This document shows positions 38,566 through 52,199 of a DNA stretch of 64,000 nucleotides, piece after piece (within the stretch, counting starts at the first letter, position 1; each line of letters begins with the position of its first letter). The notes beneath the pieces are model-generated. The model was not told the origin of the DNA, did no database searches, and was given only the letters and a program-made list of their open reading frames with translations. The position numbers and the translations under genes were made by a program. Source of the stretch: Camelus dromedarius. Its lineage: Eukaryota. The DNA lies in the NCBI RefSeq assembly GCF_036321535.1, contig NC_087436.1, positions 115,446,001 to 115,510,000 on the forward strand, in the 5' to 3' direction.

Positions 38566-40369
38566 ATACCATTTTATATATATAAATATATATGTACACA
38601 CACACACTCACACATACACACAGGTAACTATACTTTTAGCTCCTTAAACTCTTCTCCTCACCACTCCCAAAATACCCAATATTTGATTCTTAGAAAACAA
38701 CAAAAAAATTGAGATTTTTGCCATGCTCCAATATTTGTCTTCTTCAAACTCCAATTGCGAGCTTTTTAGTGTCTAGAATTAACCTTTCTGCTTATGGCGT
38801 ATACCTAGAGGGAGATGATCCACGTATTCATTCTGTTGTAGCTTCTAAAACCCACCATCCTACTACACGATCTTATGAATTGTTGCCCATTTCTGATAAC
38901 CAATCTTATCTCGCATTTTTATTAGCAGACAAGCTGCCTTCTGGAACTAGAATTCTGCCCAAAGTTTCTGACAACTTGAGGAGATGACTTAATTCTGCAT
39001 GAGTCTTGCCAATTCCCCCGCCTAAGACCACACTTGTGTATCCTCTGGCCACAGACTGGAGGCCTGTCCTAAATGGAAACCTGGACACTGCTCTACAATC
39101 TAATCAACATCCAGCCAAGGCAAAACCCTTGCTTTCCCACCTCCCAGACCCCAAGATCCACCCCTCGGGTGAACTCTTCCAAAATTCAGCCTTGGTTCAG
39201 CTCTGTTTTCCCAGGCCTGGCGTTTATTTTTCCAATTCCCTTTTGGCCAGTGTTTCTCAGAGCCAAACTTGCCAGGCATTCAAGATCACACATGCTATGA
39301 CTCACTTTAATAATTCCCTCCTTTTCTCCTTTTTTCTGCACTTGTCAACTCTTTGGCCATGCATTTCTTAGAACTTTTCCAAAGGATAGTCAGAACCTTC
39401 CTAGGATATAAGTCATTTCAACTGAAGAGGAGAAAGAGGGAAAAAGTAAGAGCAAAACGAAGATTTAAAAATACGAATTTTCCAAAGTTTATAGAGTATA
39501 AATAAAAAAGTCCACGTGTGGAAGGCAAGAACACCCTAATGTGGACCAGTTACTTTCTTGCCCAGGGCTGGGGCAGGACATGGTGAAGGACATAACCAGG
39601 TAATTTATGGGAGCGTCTCTGACCTGTAATATCCATTGATTCCCTGAGTTGAAATGTAACGGAGGATGGGTGCAAGATCTCTTATTTTTCCCCAGATTAG
39701 CACGGCTTTAATAGCCAGACTTGGATGTGAAAGGACTGAGAGCCTGTAATGCTTATTGCATTTATCTTCAGATTAATCAAACTGCTATTATCCAACTAAC
39801 TGCTCAGCAAATAATTTAGATACTTTGAGAATGAATGGTGTTATTTAACAATGAAATTGCTTTCTTAAGCTCTGCTTAATGGCATCTTACAGACAAAAGG
39901 GATCATTAAAGAATTCCTTTTATTCTCTGGAGAGGTTAATGGATTATATTATGCCACGTTTCTAAATGTCATGGTCATAATAAAACATATTAAAGAGATT
40001 GTTTAGTAACAGTTATTTCTCAATAAAAATAATAGATAAAGGATAAACTTACAATAATGCTTATGGATAATCAATATTCTAAAACACGGCAGAAGGATAA
40101 CACAAGACACGCTTCTTATTTTTATTTACTCCTCCCTTCATCTCCTATTTTATTTCTCCTCCTGCTCCTTGTCTTCCTATTCCTGTCGTCTCAAATCAAC
40201 CTCAATTTACTAGTCCTCAGACAGACCAAACACTGGAAAATGAAATACATTTTTCTGTCTAATTCTGTCTTATACTTTGGTGTTAATAATCTTGAAACCA
40301 GTGAAAAATCAGTAAAAAAAAAAACAAAAAAAACCTTGCAGCAGCATCATCACCATCATCTGCCTCATC

Positions 40370-40940
40370 CTCATCCCTGATGCTGACAAGGGTGATGTAA
40401 AATAAGGTAGGTCAGAAAATTGGCACAACCATTATGAAAAGCCTTTTGGAGATATGTATTGCTAGAATAATAAAAGCTTAATACATTTGGATCCAGCAAC
40501 TGTATTTCTGAAACCCTATCTGAAAGAAATAACCCTAAATATAAAAATGCCATCATGTTAAAAGACATTTAACAGTTATCTGTAATCCTAACCAACTTGA
40601 AACAATTAAATGACCAACAAAATTGGAATGCTTAAACAAATTATAGTAAATATACCCAATGGAATATTACACAAGATTTAAACTGAATGCTTAAGAGGAG
40701 GATGTCATAAATTATATTGTAAGCATTTCCCTTATTAAGGGAAACAGCAGGATAACTACTGTATGTAAAGTATGATTATAATCATGTTCAAATTGTTCAT
40801 AAAAATAAACCTAAATAAATATGTTGCCACTGCAGAATTTAGACTCTGGGAGAGTTCTCCCCTACCCATATATTTCTGTTTTGCAAATTGTATTTGATGA
40901 CTCTGAATTGATTTTTATAATGAAATAAAAATAAACATAT
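40370..40940 (+). mobile_element. Old L1ME-like 3' fragment
   Basis: aaattggcacaaccattatgaaaagc...tttggatccagcaactgtatttctg...caatggaatattac. Confidence 0.55.
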
Positions 40941-41449
40941 TTTTGAATAAAGTTATCTTGGAAACTTTGGAAGCCAATGCTTTGTAGTTAACCCAGATTT
41001 ATGTATCATGCTGTGAACAAACAACTGATATGCCACATCCTTGGATAAACACAAAGGGAAAGCAGAGATGTTGGAGATAGCCTCCCGGTCCTCAAGGACT
41101 CAATGCCAAGAGGAGGTTGCAGACATGAACCTAATTAGAGTGACTTCAGTTCTGAAGGCATCTACAAACTAAATGTAAACTGAGTTCTCTGAAGTCACAG
41201 AGAATGAAAGTGGTAGATCTAAGACATGGACTCAGGAGCGGAGGTGGCTGTGAAATTTGAGATAGCATTTGTACGAGGGGTAACATTTCCACTACCAGGA
41301 TTTGGGAGAGTGAGTTCTGGAAGGAGGTGTTTCACAGGCAAAGTCCCAAGCAAGATGTGGGGGCTACAGTCAGGGAAAACAGGGTGGGTTGGTTTGATGG
41401 GAAGCATTTTCAGGAAATACTAGTCTCAATGACAGCTGGGGAATTTGTG

Positions 41450-41485
<36 letters not shown>

Positions 41486-41625
41486 ACAGTAGGAAAAGTG
41501 TTGATATGAATTAAGAACACAAATAGGCTACTTTAGGGGGAAGCAGAACAACCAATTGGAGGAGGAAAGGGCGTGAAAATAGCTTCCCTTTTAATATACA
41601 CGATACACACTTTCCTCTAAGGTAC

Positions 41626-44233
41626 CTGCAGACTTCAGCTGGTGAGAAGGTCTTCTCTCACTGGGGAAGGCTGAGAAAAAGGCATGTGGAATGGGACACA
41701 GGAGCTGTGGATGGGACTCGTATCTGGACAGTCATATGTGTGCAAGTATATTGTGTGAAATTTGCACTAACGCTGTGTTAACAGGAAGCTGTTTACCCGA
41801 GAAGAGGTCCTTTTCGTCTTTCCCCCACCTCTTTCTTACTACATGAAGTGCGGACAAGGTAGCAGGGGCTCTAACATGCATCTTATGCTGTGAAGTAACC
41901 CTGAGCATGAAAGACCGAGTGAGAAGCAAAAAAAGAGAAGGAGGAAAGCTGCCACACCAGCCTTAAAATCCCCACCCCCCAGATTTCCTTTACGGAGGAG
42001 ACAAGGTAGGAAATAAAGTAAATCCTAACTAACAAAAACTAACATGTATTTACTGAGCCAAGGCATAGCGGTAAGATATGCACACTTGTATATAATATTT
42101 ATTTTATAATATGTATAATTATATATCACCTCATTACATATAAATGTATGTTTTACTTATATATGTATATATTTCATTTTAATCTTCATAATAATAATTC
42201 TTACAATACCACCATGATATATATGTTAATTCTGCCATTTTATGGAGTAAAACTATAGAGGACTAGAAAGGCTAAATGATGTGTTCAAGATCAAATAGTA
42301 AATGAGTGATGTGAACGAAAGGCAAGCCTCCATCTTAGTGCTACCAAAGCTATGGTCCTTACACGACGTACATGCTGTTTCGCATTAGCACACACACCAT
42401 GCATTCTCTATTATCTAATTCAGATCTTCTTGACAATTACTCGTTAAACTCAAGCCAACTGTCTTTTTTTTGTAATTAGCTTTTAAGCTTACTTTCATTA
42501 TATAATAATCATGATAATATAATAATAAAAATATAAACTATCTCACCATCTAATGATACATTTCTATTGGCAAAATCAGGTCGTATATGGCTACTTCTAA
42601 CTTCAAAAGGGGCAAGAAAGGGTCAGTCTTCCAGGTGTCTGGGAAAAGAGGAGAGAGTGGAAGGCAGTCACACAGTCCTCAGGACTAAGCAAGACTTTTA
42701 ACATACTAGCAAATCAGCTTCATAAACTGTTGTATGGATTTATACTCTGAAAATCAATTTTAGTGACTGGCTATTCTTTACTCTTGTGCAGTAATCCTGT
42801 GATTTTTCAATCCAATAAGCAAATTATGATATCTCACTGCCATTTTTTATTAATTTTCACATCTTTGTTGATATTAAGGTGAATATTATCTCATATCTTC
42901 AAAAGACATTTGTGTTTACTTTCAGGGGTATAATCTTTCATGTCCACTAGCTTTTTTTTTACCCTTTTCTCACTATAGCACGGTTGTTAAGAATGCAGAC
43001 CCTGAAGTCAGACTGCCTAAGTTTGAATTCTGATGTGGACACTAGCTGTGTAATGGTTGGTAACTTTCCTAAATTCACTATGCCTCATATATAAATATAT
43101 AGTATGTGTATATCATATAGAAACATACTGTAATATTTATTTTATGTGTCATATATTATTATATATGATGTATCAATATATAATATATCATAATTATTGT
43201 ATATTAAATCTGCTTATAATTTTATATTATATAACTTTATATATGCGTATATTTTAGATATATAAAACTTTTCTGCATCATTTAATTTCATATGTATATA
43301 AAATTGGGACTTCACATTCAGGGATGTCAATTTATTCATCTACTCTCATATAATAGTAATTTTTTTGTCATTTTATTCACATCAGTACTGCAGAGCTTTT
43401 CCAAAGTTTGATTCTAATTATTTTAATATTTTTATGATGTTTTGATGGGATCTTTTTCTATTTTGTTTTCTAATTTAATGACGAGCATATAAGAAAACAA
43501 ATCTTCATATGTCATTATTTTGTTACCTGAACATCTTACTGAACACTTCTTATTCATTTTTTTAAGTTAATTATTTTTGCTTCCCTAGGTAAGCATCATA
43601 GCATCTATAAGGTAGTTAATTATAATTTTCCCTCTACATTGGTATTACTTTACTCTACTTTTCTTTTTCCTAAAAGAATTTCCAGAATAATATGAGCACT
43701 TGCGGTGTCTTTTTTAAATCTTCTGTAGCCTTATTTGTTTTGTTAAATCTTTGCATTTTAAATTTTTTCTCTGACCCATGTCCTTTATATCTGTGTCCCT
43801 GTTAACTTGTCATTGTTTCAACTTTTAGCTACATGTATCCTTTGATTTCCTTAAGAGCACAAAGTGTATTCTTTCCAATGTTATATCTGCTTTCTATACT
43901 AAAAATAACTTTTTGAATTTATTTGAAGGTAGAGAAGGACGAAGAAGAGAGGTCTTCTACTGGTCTTTCTGCCTCTATCTGCCACAGATAAAAAGAGAGA
44001 CTAGATTCTCCAGTCGGACCAGCCCTCCCTCACTCTCCAGTCTCCATTAGGAAGAGTCAAGAGTATGGTTATCAGAGGAAAGAGGGTGGGAAGGGATAAA
44101 CTTGGGAGTTTAGGATTTGCAGAGGTTAACCACTATATATAAAAATAGATTAAAAAAGCAAATTTCTTTATAGCACAGGAAGCTATGTCCAGCATCATGT
44201 AATGACCTTTAATGAAAAAGAATATGATAATGA

Positions 44234-44264
<31 letters not shown>

Positions 44265-45164
44265 TGCATGACTGGGACATTGTGCTGTATACCAGAAATT
44301 GACATATTATAACTGACAATATTTCAATTAAAAAAATAAAACTAAAAAGAAAAAAGAATAATACCATGGTTTGGCTTGCCTAGGGGTCAAGGCCCTCCAT
44401 GTGCTCTAGGGAAAACAAAACAAAGCAAAACAAAGCAGTCCTTTCCTCTCTTCCTCATCATAACTATGAGGAAAGAGGTGGTCCCTGGATTCTACCTCCT
44501 CCTGACAAGATCACCCCCCATTGAAGCCTCACCTTCACTCTCTAACTTGAGGTTACAATGGCTTACCTCCTTTTGTTCTTTTCCCAGATCAAGTCAGTCA
44601 TCAAAAGCAGCCCAAGATGCCCTGGTATTCCCGCATCTCTGGAGCCTGGTCACCATATGGCTCTTTGGTGAGTGTGGCAAATAACCTGCCAACACTCCAC
44701 CTTCCTCTCCTCTGATTTATTTACCTGCCCATCACTCATCACCTACTGGCAAATCACATATTTGATTTGTTTGTTGGTTTCTCTCTGGTAGACCAGGAGC
44801 CCCATTGAGAGAGAGACATTTGTCTATTTGAGTCATTGCTGTAGCCTCATGGTCTAGAAAAGTACCAGGTTCAGAGCAGATATTCAATAAATATTTGCTG
44901 GTTGTTGAGCAAATGAATCAATGAATGCATTACTTGTTTATCTCCTTTTACTTTTCATATTGCTTTGAGTGTGGTCTAATTTGAATTTAATTTTCCATTT
45001 ATACCTTAATGAAGGCAGGTTTATTTTTGAACTGTTGGAAAAATATACTGTGAGTATTTTTCTTTGGGTTTCCGTCACATGTATCTGGATGCTCCTGTGA
45101 ATCCTGTTTTAGATCCCAGGGAATTTGCAAGATGGATCCTTTCTTAACTTGTATTTTCCATGAC
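41626..45164 (-). pseudogene. Two phase-compatible decayed exons (160 nt and 275 nt)
   Basis: 45164-45005 (tcctgccag| ... AAG|GTATAA) reads GHGKYKLRKDPSCKFPGI*NRIHRSIQIHVTETQRKILTVYFSNSSKINLPSL. It joins 41900-41626 (tctttcatgctcag| ... CAG|GTACCT), VTSQHKMHVRAPATLSALHVVRKRW..., which has 91 codons with one stop. Confidence 0.6.
44070..44355 (+). mobile_element. Lineage-specific L1 3' end (~280 bp)
   Basis: gggaagggataaacttgggagtttaggatttgcaga...gcatgactgggacattgtgctgtataccagaaattgac plus A tail. Confidence 0.8.
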
Positions 45165-47299
45165 CTGGCAGGACATAAGAGGGAGACTGCAGAACGGTCA
45201 GGTGAGCAGGGCATCGGAATTAGCACAGCTGAGTCTATTTTAACGTAGCATCATTGTTGCTGTCAAGAAGTCAACCCAAGAGGTCATGAGCCTATGTCTA
45301 GATTGGGGTTTGTCTCAGTCTTCGATTAGGAATATGTCTTCTGTGTTCTGCATTGTTCCTAGATATACTGGAGCTCATAGAAGTGTCTAATCGTATTGGG
45401 GGATCCTCATCCAATTCGCTGTTCTCTCAATAAAGGAAAAGCCATGTTGGAAGAAACTCCACTTCCTTTAGACTTTCTGTTTGGTCTCCATGACATAATT
45501 TCAGCTTTGAAGGAGGGTTTTGCTTACCTGGTTTGTTTATTTAGTTTCAGGAAAGTGATTTCAAATGATATACATACTCTCCCTTCTTGATCAAGCTTTT
45601 AACCCGAGTCTCTAGCTTCCACTGCCCCAGCTCTTGGGTTGCACAAAGAATGGGATTAACTGAACAGGAGTACAGCAGAATGCCACTTCTCAGCCTCTGC
45701 AGTGATGCTGTTGTGTGTGACTAACTGAGTCTCTTTTCTCTGATCATAAAAATAATAAATTAAAATGAAGAGATTCCAAAATTCATGTTCTTTTGTTGAA
45801 CCCTGTCCATAACCAGACACATATATTGCAAATATACGAGTTAGCCTGTTACGCAAAAAATCTCTTGACTCCCAAAGAGAATGCCAACTCTAAAAATACA
45901 TGTTTTACATTTTATTTTCTTTTACTTTGCTTAAAAACACAAGGACTTATTCTCTGGGTGCCTGTGTGTGTTTATGTGTATTATGTCCTCATCTGATATG
46001 ACAGCTTCTAGTCCCTGGCTTTTTTGAAGGTGCTAAAAGAAATCGTGTACCAGGCCTCTGCAGATAATCATATTCCTTCAAGTTACCTTGGTGATTTGAC
46101 TTTTCAAAGTGTATTGTTGAAACAATATAAAATCACTGATTTGCATGACAAATAAATTACCAGTTTGAAGTGCTGAATGCCTAAAGAAATTTAACCACTG
46201 TGTTTCAGATAAATTGTAGTTACAAGGAGCACCTTGTAACTGTTTAGAAAGTAACTCATAATTTCTGTTCAGTTCAATAAATTTGCTGAGTATTTACCCT
46301 GTGCCCAACATTTTGCTTTCTGTGGGAGACAAAGAGGAGGAAGAGACAGTCCTTTGCACTAAGAAACTCATGGTTTCTTTGGTGTATTCGGAGGGGTAAG
46401 TGACTTTTATGGCTTCTTTTTAACTAAGGTGTAGGTCTCAAGGGTCACAGGAGAGATTCTTCAGTAAGCATCTTCAGATCATGAGGTTTCTTCAGGTCTG
46501 GACTTTCCTCTGTTAATTTGAAATTTTTCATACTTATTGGATTTCCCAGGTTTGGGTCTTTTGACTTCGCACACCTTTTCTCCTCTTTGTCTAATCAAGG
46601 TGTCATATATATTTCTGAGCACCAAGCTTGGCATTGGAGCTGAATGGTGAGTAACACAGACAGAAGCTCAACCTTTTTGGAACGTCAACCTTCTTGTTAT
46701 CATGGAATGACAGGGCCAGAGCATATGACTTCTTTACCTAGAGTGATGGTTGTGGTGACAGTTTCTTTTTCTGGCACTTGTATGCCAAAGATAGTCTTGG
46801 GAGATCGATATTAAGCTGTTTAAACATTCCATAAAGAGTTAAATTCTAAACTAGGGCCTTGGGCACTGATCATATAAATTCAGAAATTCCAAAAGCAATA
46901 TAAGCTTAATTTCATGACTGATAAGGCATAGGGTATGAAGGAGGAGGAGAGATATACACAATCTTGAGAGGATTTGTCTTAATTTCCTTGGTAAATGGAG
47001 ATCCTATTAACTAAAGTAGGGAATAAAGAAAAAAAGTGGAGATGGGGTGTGATTTAGAGAGAATATAGGCCATTTTAAATATGTTAAATTTGAGTTTTAG
47101 AGGGTCGTTTAGATAGTTCTATTAAAGAGGGAGTTACATTTAGAAAAGTCTAAATCTCAAACAGAAAATCAGAGCTGTAGGTGAATAAGCAGAGCTTACC
47201 TGCATTCGGTTACCAGTTATGTCAGAGTGAAGCTCAGGGAGAGTGTGTGAGGGGTAACTGTTACTATTAGTCCTGAAATTTCAAGTGAAGACTAAAATG

Positions 47300-47635
47300 G
47301 ACTGCACACTTTGTGTTCCCTACAAAATTCACATGTGGAAACCTAATCTCCCATGGTGATGGGTTTTGAAGATGTGGCCATTGGGAGATGATTAGCTCAT
47401 GAGAGTGGGGCACTCATGAATGGGTTTAGTAACCTCTAAGCTCTCTTAACCTTTCTGACACGTGAGGACACGGCAAGAAAACAGCCTTGAAGTGGGTCCT
47501 CACCAGACACCTGATCTGCTGGTGCTCTGATCTGGGACTTCCTGTCCTCTAGAACTGGGAGAAATCCACATTTAATTGTTTAAGCCCCTCAGTTTATGGC
47601 ATTTTTGCTATAGCAGCTTGAATGGGCAAAGACAG
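47300..47635 (+). mobile_element. MLT1A-like LTR
   Basis: tgtgttccctacaaaattcacatgtggaaacctaatc...tttaagcccctcagtttatggcatttttgctatagcagc. Confidence 0.85.
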
Positions 47636-48659
47636 GGACCTTGATATCCAGAATCATTGACTTGACTGTAGTCAGCGAATTGGCACTGGAGCTCAGATCC
47701 ATTATTATTTCTTATTTTTATTATCATTTTTTTGCTAAATTATTGCTAATTCTGAAAGAGGATCTGAAAAAGAATGATGATGATAGAAAGAAAGAAAGAT
47801 AGATAGACCACATTCATTGAACAATCACTAAGTGACAGATTATAATAAATGTTTTATGTGTATTATTTTATATTCACAACACTGCTAGATATAAGTCAAC
47901 TTATTACATACACTTTACAAAAGAAAACACTGAAATCCAGAGCAGCTAAGAAATGGATCAGTCAGGATGCTAACCCCAATTTGTCTGGTAATACAGATAA
48001 TCTGGCACCCACACCATACACTTCTGCTGTCATCTGTCCATCCATTCACCCATTTATCTACCCAATCTGTTGACTAATCAGCCAAACAATAATGTTAAGT
48101 TCATTTTTCCTTGGGCAATTGTCTCTAAAGAACTCATAACATAGAGTAGAAAACTGCAAGAAAAATTAGAAATTATTTTATAGTTTGCTAATAAGCTGTT
48201 TCCAGGAAATTACTAGAATTCCCAGGATAGAATGCTTTGTCAGGGGTGGGGGGACATTATTACCATGATTGTTATTAGCAATAAAATGTTCCTTTTGTAA
48301 TTAATAACCGCATAAATATTTTGGTTAAACAAAAAGTCAAAAAGGAGCTTATCATTTACATTATCAATAATTCTTCTCCAATAACAAATGTGCAGGTCCT
48401 CTTGGAAGGAAGTTTTAAAGACAGACTTAATATTTAAGTAGTTGTTCTTGTTTTGATTTATTATTGTGTAAAAACATAACAGACTTGCTTCTCCTTGCTG
48501 TGGTCACTGTGACTTTCCTACCCATTTTTCATTTTCATGGTCCATTTTATTGTTGGGTTCTTTGATGAAGAAAGTCTTTGTCTCTCACTGGGGACCTTCT
48601 ACTTCAGGACAATGATAATCAATAGTTCTTGAATCACTCTTGTGTTCTATTCTACTCTC

Positions 48660-48666
48660 TCTTTCC

Positions 48667-48741
<75 letters not shown>

Positions 48742-48760
48742 TTTCTTTCTCTTTCCTTTT
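48660..48760 (+). repeat. (TTTC)n microsatellite
   Basis: Direct inspection. Confidence 0.95.
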
Positions 48761-51689
48761 GGTATTTTCTTCTTAGATGTGTTCTTCAATCTTGGCATCA
48801 GTTCTACATGGTGAAGCACAGTCAGAGGTCGAGTTCTGCTAAAGACGCTGGGGCAATAGTGTCAAGGCCCGACATGCTGTGTTCCTCTTCACATCTCCCA
48901 GCACCATGTGTAGGAACTTGTGCTACAAAGGAAACCTGGTCTCTGGGCCATCACTCTTGACGGAACAGCAGTGAAGCCAAAGTTGGGGGATAACCAACCT
49001 CCTCCGGGGAGAAGGGCACTGGCAAATTGCCAGGAACTATTAGCTTCGCGTCTGGAGTTTGGCCAGTATTAAATTCAAGCTGGGAGGCAAACTGAGAGCA
49101 GAATCCCAATGGAAAAAGAGGCAAGAGAGAACTAGTAAGCACAAAGTATAGCTCCGGGGAAAGCTGACCCTACTTTATTATGCCAGAGCTCAGCTTTTTT
49201 TTTGAAAAATTTAAATACCTATCCGCAACTGAGTTCTCTGCTTAGTTTTAAGGACACAGTCCTCTAAGCCGGCTAACCGACTGTCGGTTGTTTTTATAGC
49301 TGGGGTATGATACCATTTTAATGATTCTGTCACTGTAATCAAGAGAGTACCTTATAGTCATCAAAATAAGATGTACTTTGTAAGGGGTCCCTCAGGATGC
49401 AGAGAGACTGCCTGGTTATGCTGTATAATTTGTAGCATTTATTGGACACCTACTCTGTTCCAAGTACTTCCCATTCATGATTTCATGAAATTCAGTAAGC
49501 AGTGTCTAGATGCTAGATATGATTAGACTCACTTTTACCGATAAGGAATCCAAGACGTAGAGGTAGCTTAAGCAGCTTGTAATGGTCCAGAAACAATAAG
49601 TGGTGAAGCCAAAATTCAAAGCAGGTCTTGCTCCTTATCACTATCACACATTAAAAGCTGTTTTCAGGATTCAAATTTCTTCACAATGCCTGTCCCAAAG
49701 CCAGCTGAGACAGAGTACTGGCCCCTAAAAATAACAAAATCAAGCAAATAAAAAAAATTATACTTTTTCGTGCCCTAGAAATCATATTACCTTCTTTGAT
49801 CCCTCCTCACTTTATTTATAACATTTGGCCAGAGGTTACATTTGGTGACGTTCTTAAATTAAAATAAAAATAGAATCAGTCCCCCAAAGTTAACAATTTC
49901 TCATTGTAAGAAGCATTTCAAAGCACACTGTAGGCCCTATGAGGACACTGCAGTTTTGAGTAATGACAGCTGATTTAACCTTGTACTGTTACTGCTGATG
50001 ATAATAATCACTAATGTCTATTATTAATTTACAGTTTTGAAAATGTTTTTATTTTTATTGCTTCATAAAAATCAAGTAAACTCTCAAGGGTCTACTTTGA
50101 AGATGACTCGCTTGAACATCTAAATTAGAATAATACATCATCTCAAATGAATCAAATACATAAATATAAAAATAAATACATATGACTTCATATTAAGCAA
50201 ACTGACGCATCTTAAAGCTCTTTGTAAATTCTAAAGTTCTGCACTAACGTGGGGACCATTATTATTTTTATAATAAGTCAAATATTTTCTTAGAGAAAAG
50301 ACTCACTCAACAATGTCTGGGTAGGTGGTGTCTCAGTCTCTAGTGATATGGAATCTGAATGCCTTATGAAGCAGCTCCCTCCATTGCAAACATCTCCCAA
50401 ATAGTGAGAAAAAAAAAACCACTTTCCTATATTAGGTTAAGATCTATTTTTGTATACGCTAAGGTTTTAGAAAGCCAATAAGTATCACCCATCCTTTCTG
50501 GAGTTTGGAACCATTGGGAACTGGAAGGAAGAATGGAGATAAAGTTATTAGATTTTGACTGATTAGTAGAATTAGAAAATGTTGTTTGACCCGTTGCCCA
50601 CAATTAAATCCCCTAATATGTTCCCCTCTCCTAAATAGAACCAGGTCCATAAAGCTACAGTTTTTCCAGCATGTTTACCCCATGGATCAGTAGAGAAGCC
50701 TGTGTTACTTGAGGACTGGCCACTCAGAGAGCAATAAAGGAACAGAGCTATAGATCCTCTCTCTCCATCCGCACCAACAAGATAAATTATGTACAGGGAA
50801 AGTAACAAGGGAAGCCTTTGAGAGAAGAAGAAGAAGAGAAAGCCTATTGCATCTACTGGAGAGTGGACGGTTTACAGACATCATCCACATGGAAACTGGA
50901 GGAAGCAGAGATAAGTGCTCCTTTGTAACTCCTTAATTTCCCAGGCTTTGCCCCCTTAAACCGTTGGTCTTGTCAATTGATTCTACAGCTGACCAGACAC
51001 GTGGCTGCCCCCTTCAGGAAACTAGAACAATAGTTTTGGTTTTTTTTTTTTTTTTTTTTTTTTTTAACGGCAGTCTTTTGTCTTCATTCATGAGTCTTTT
51101 CTTCCACTTCCAAACATTGATCCTTTGTATTTTCTTCCAGAATCATTGGTGGACAGTCTATCTTTCCCCCCTCCACCATGGCTAAATAGGACAGAGCAGT
51201 AATTTAAATTAATCCTAAAACTCTGCTGTACCCAAGATCCAAAACACACCCCTTGTTCTGTGATGCACAGACACTCTGTACAATGTGTAACACTTTGGTG
51301 ATTAAACAGTAACTTCATATGACAGCTTAAATGTACTCCCGAATACAATAGTAGTTGTGACACAAAATATCTGTAGTTTGCACGTGAATGCCTTTCCACT
51401 AGCAAACCCTCAGAGAAGATATAAAGCTTGAATATCCCATGTCCTTTCTCTACTACTTTTTCCCCACTCTTTGTTCTGGTCCAGTCTTACTCAGAATCTC
51501 AGAATGAGTGTAGCCTCTCAACGTCCAAAGGTGAATCAAGTCAACATCAGCTCCCTCTCGTACATCACTTTCAGGAGTTCAGATGTTAACAGGACAATAT
51601 ACACTTCCTCACTGCCAGCCCAACTCATTCTACATTGACTGAACACAGGTAAAGTCAAAATAATAGCCCTGCCCGACACTGTTTTATGT

Positions 51690-51990
51690 ATTCATTTATT
51701 CACTCATTTCACAAATATTTATTGAGAGCCTACTCTGTGACAGGTACTATGCCAGAAGTTAAGGACGCAACAAACAGACAGAAATTCCTTTACTCATGGA
51801 ACTTACATTCAATTGAGAAAGACAGAACATTTTAAAAGATACATATGTGGATTGGATGTTGACCTATGACAAGAAAGAAAAGATATAAAGCTGGGGAAAA
51901 GTCAGAAAATATATTGGGGATGGGGTGACATTTTAAATAAATTAACCCAGGCAAACCTCACTCCTCCACATATAAAGAAAAGACAATGCA
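51690..51990 (-). mobile_element. L2 3' fragment
   Basis: ttcatttattcactcatttcacaaatatttattgagagcctactctgtgacaggtact. Confidence 0.7.
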
Positions 51991-52199
51991 GAAGTGGAAA
52001 GAGATACCAAATGCATTTTCTTGGATGCGTGGATGCCTGGGAGAGGAGAGAAGTAAGAGGTGGGACTGGAGATAAAGAGGGAAGTATAGACATAAAACAA
52101 ACAAAACAAAAGCCCTCCCTGGACTATAAAGGTAGAGTGACATGAAGTGAAAACTACCTGCATCTAGTCTAAAAAAGAAGAATTCTTAGACCCTCAGAG

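Noticed and set aside
45005..45090. Homeodomain helix-1-like string (IHVTETQRKILTVYF..NKP)
   Set aside because: Needs a frameshift; the phase-compatible next exon has no helix-3 WF.N.R motif.
46218..46241. Perfect 10-bp inverted repeat (agttacaagg-agca-ccttgtaact); similar hairpin at ~9247-9288
   Set aside because: Too short for a pre-miRNA or MITE, no TSD or other support; plausible by chance.
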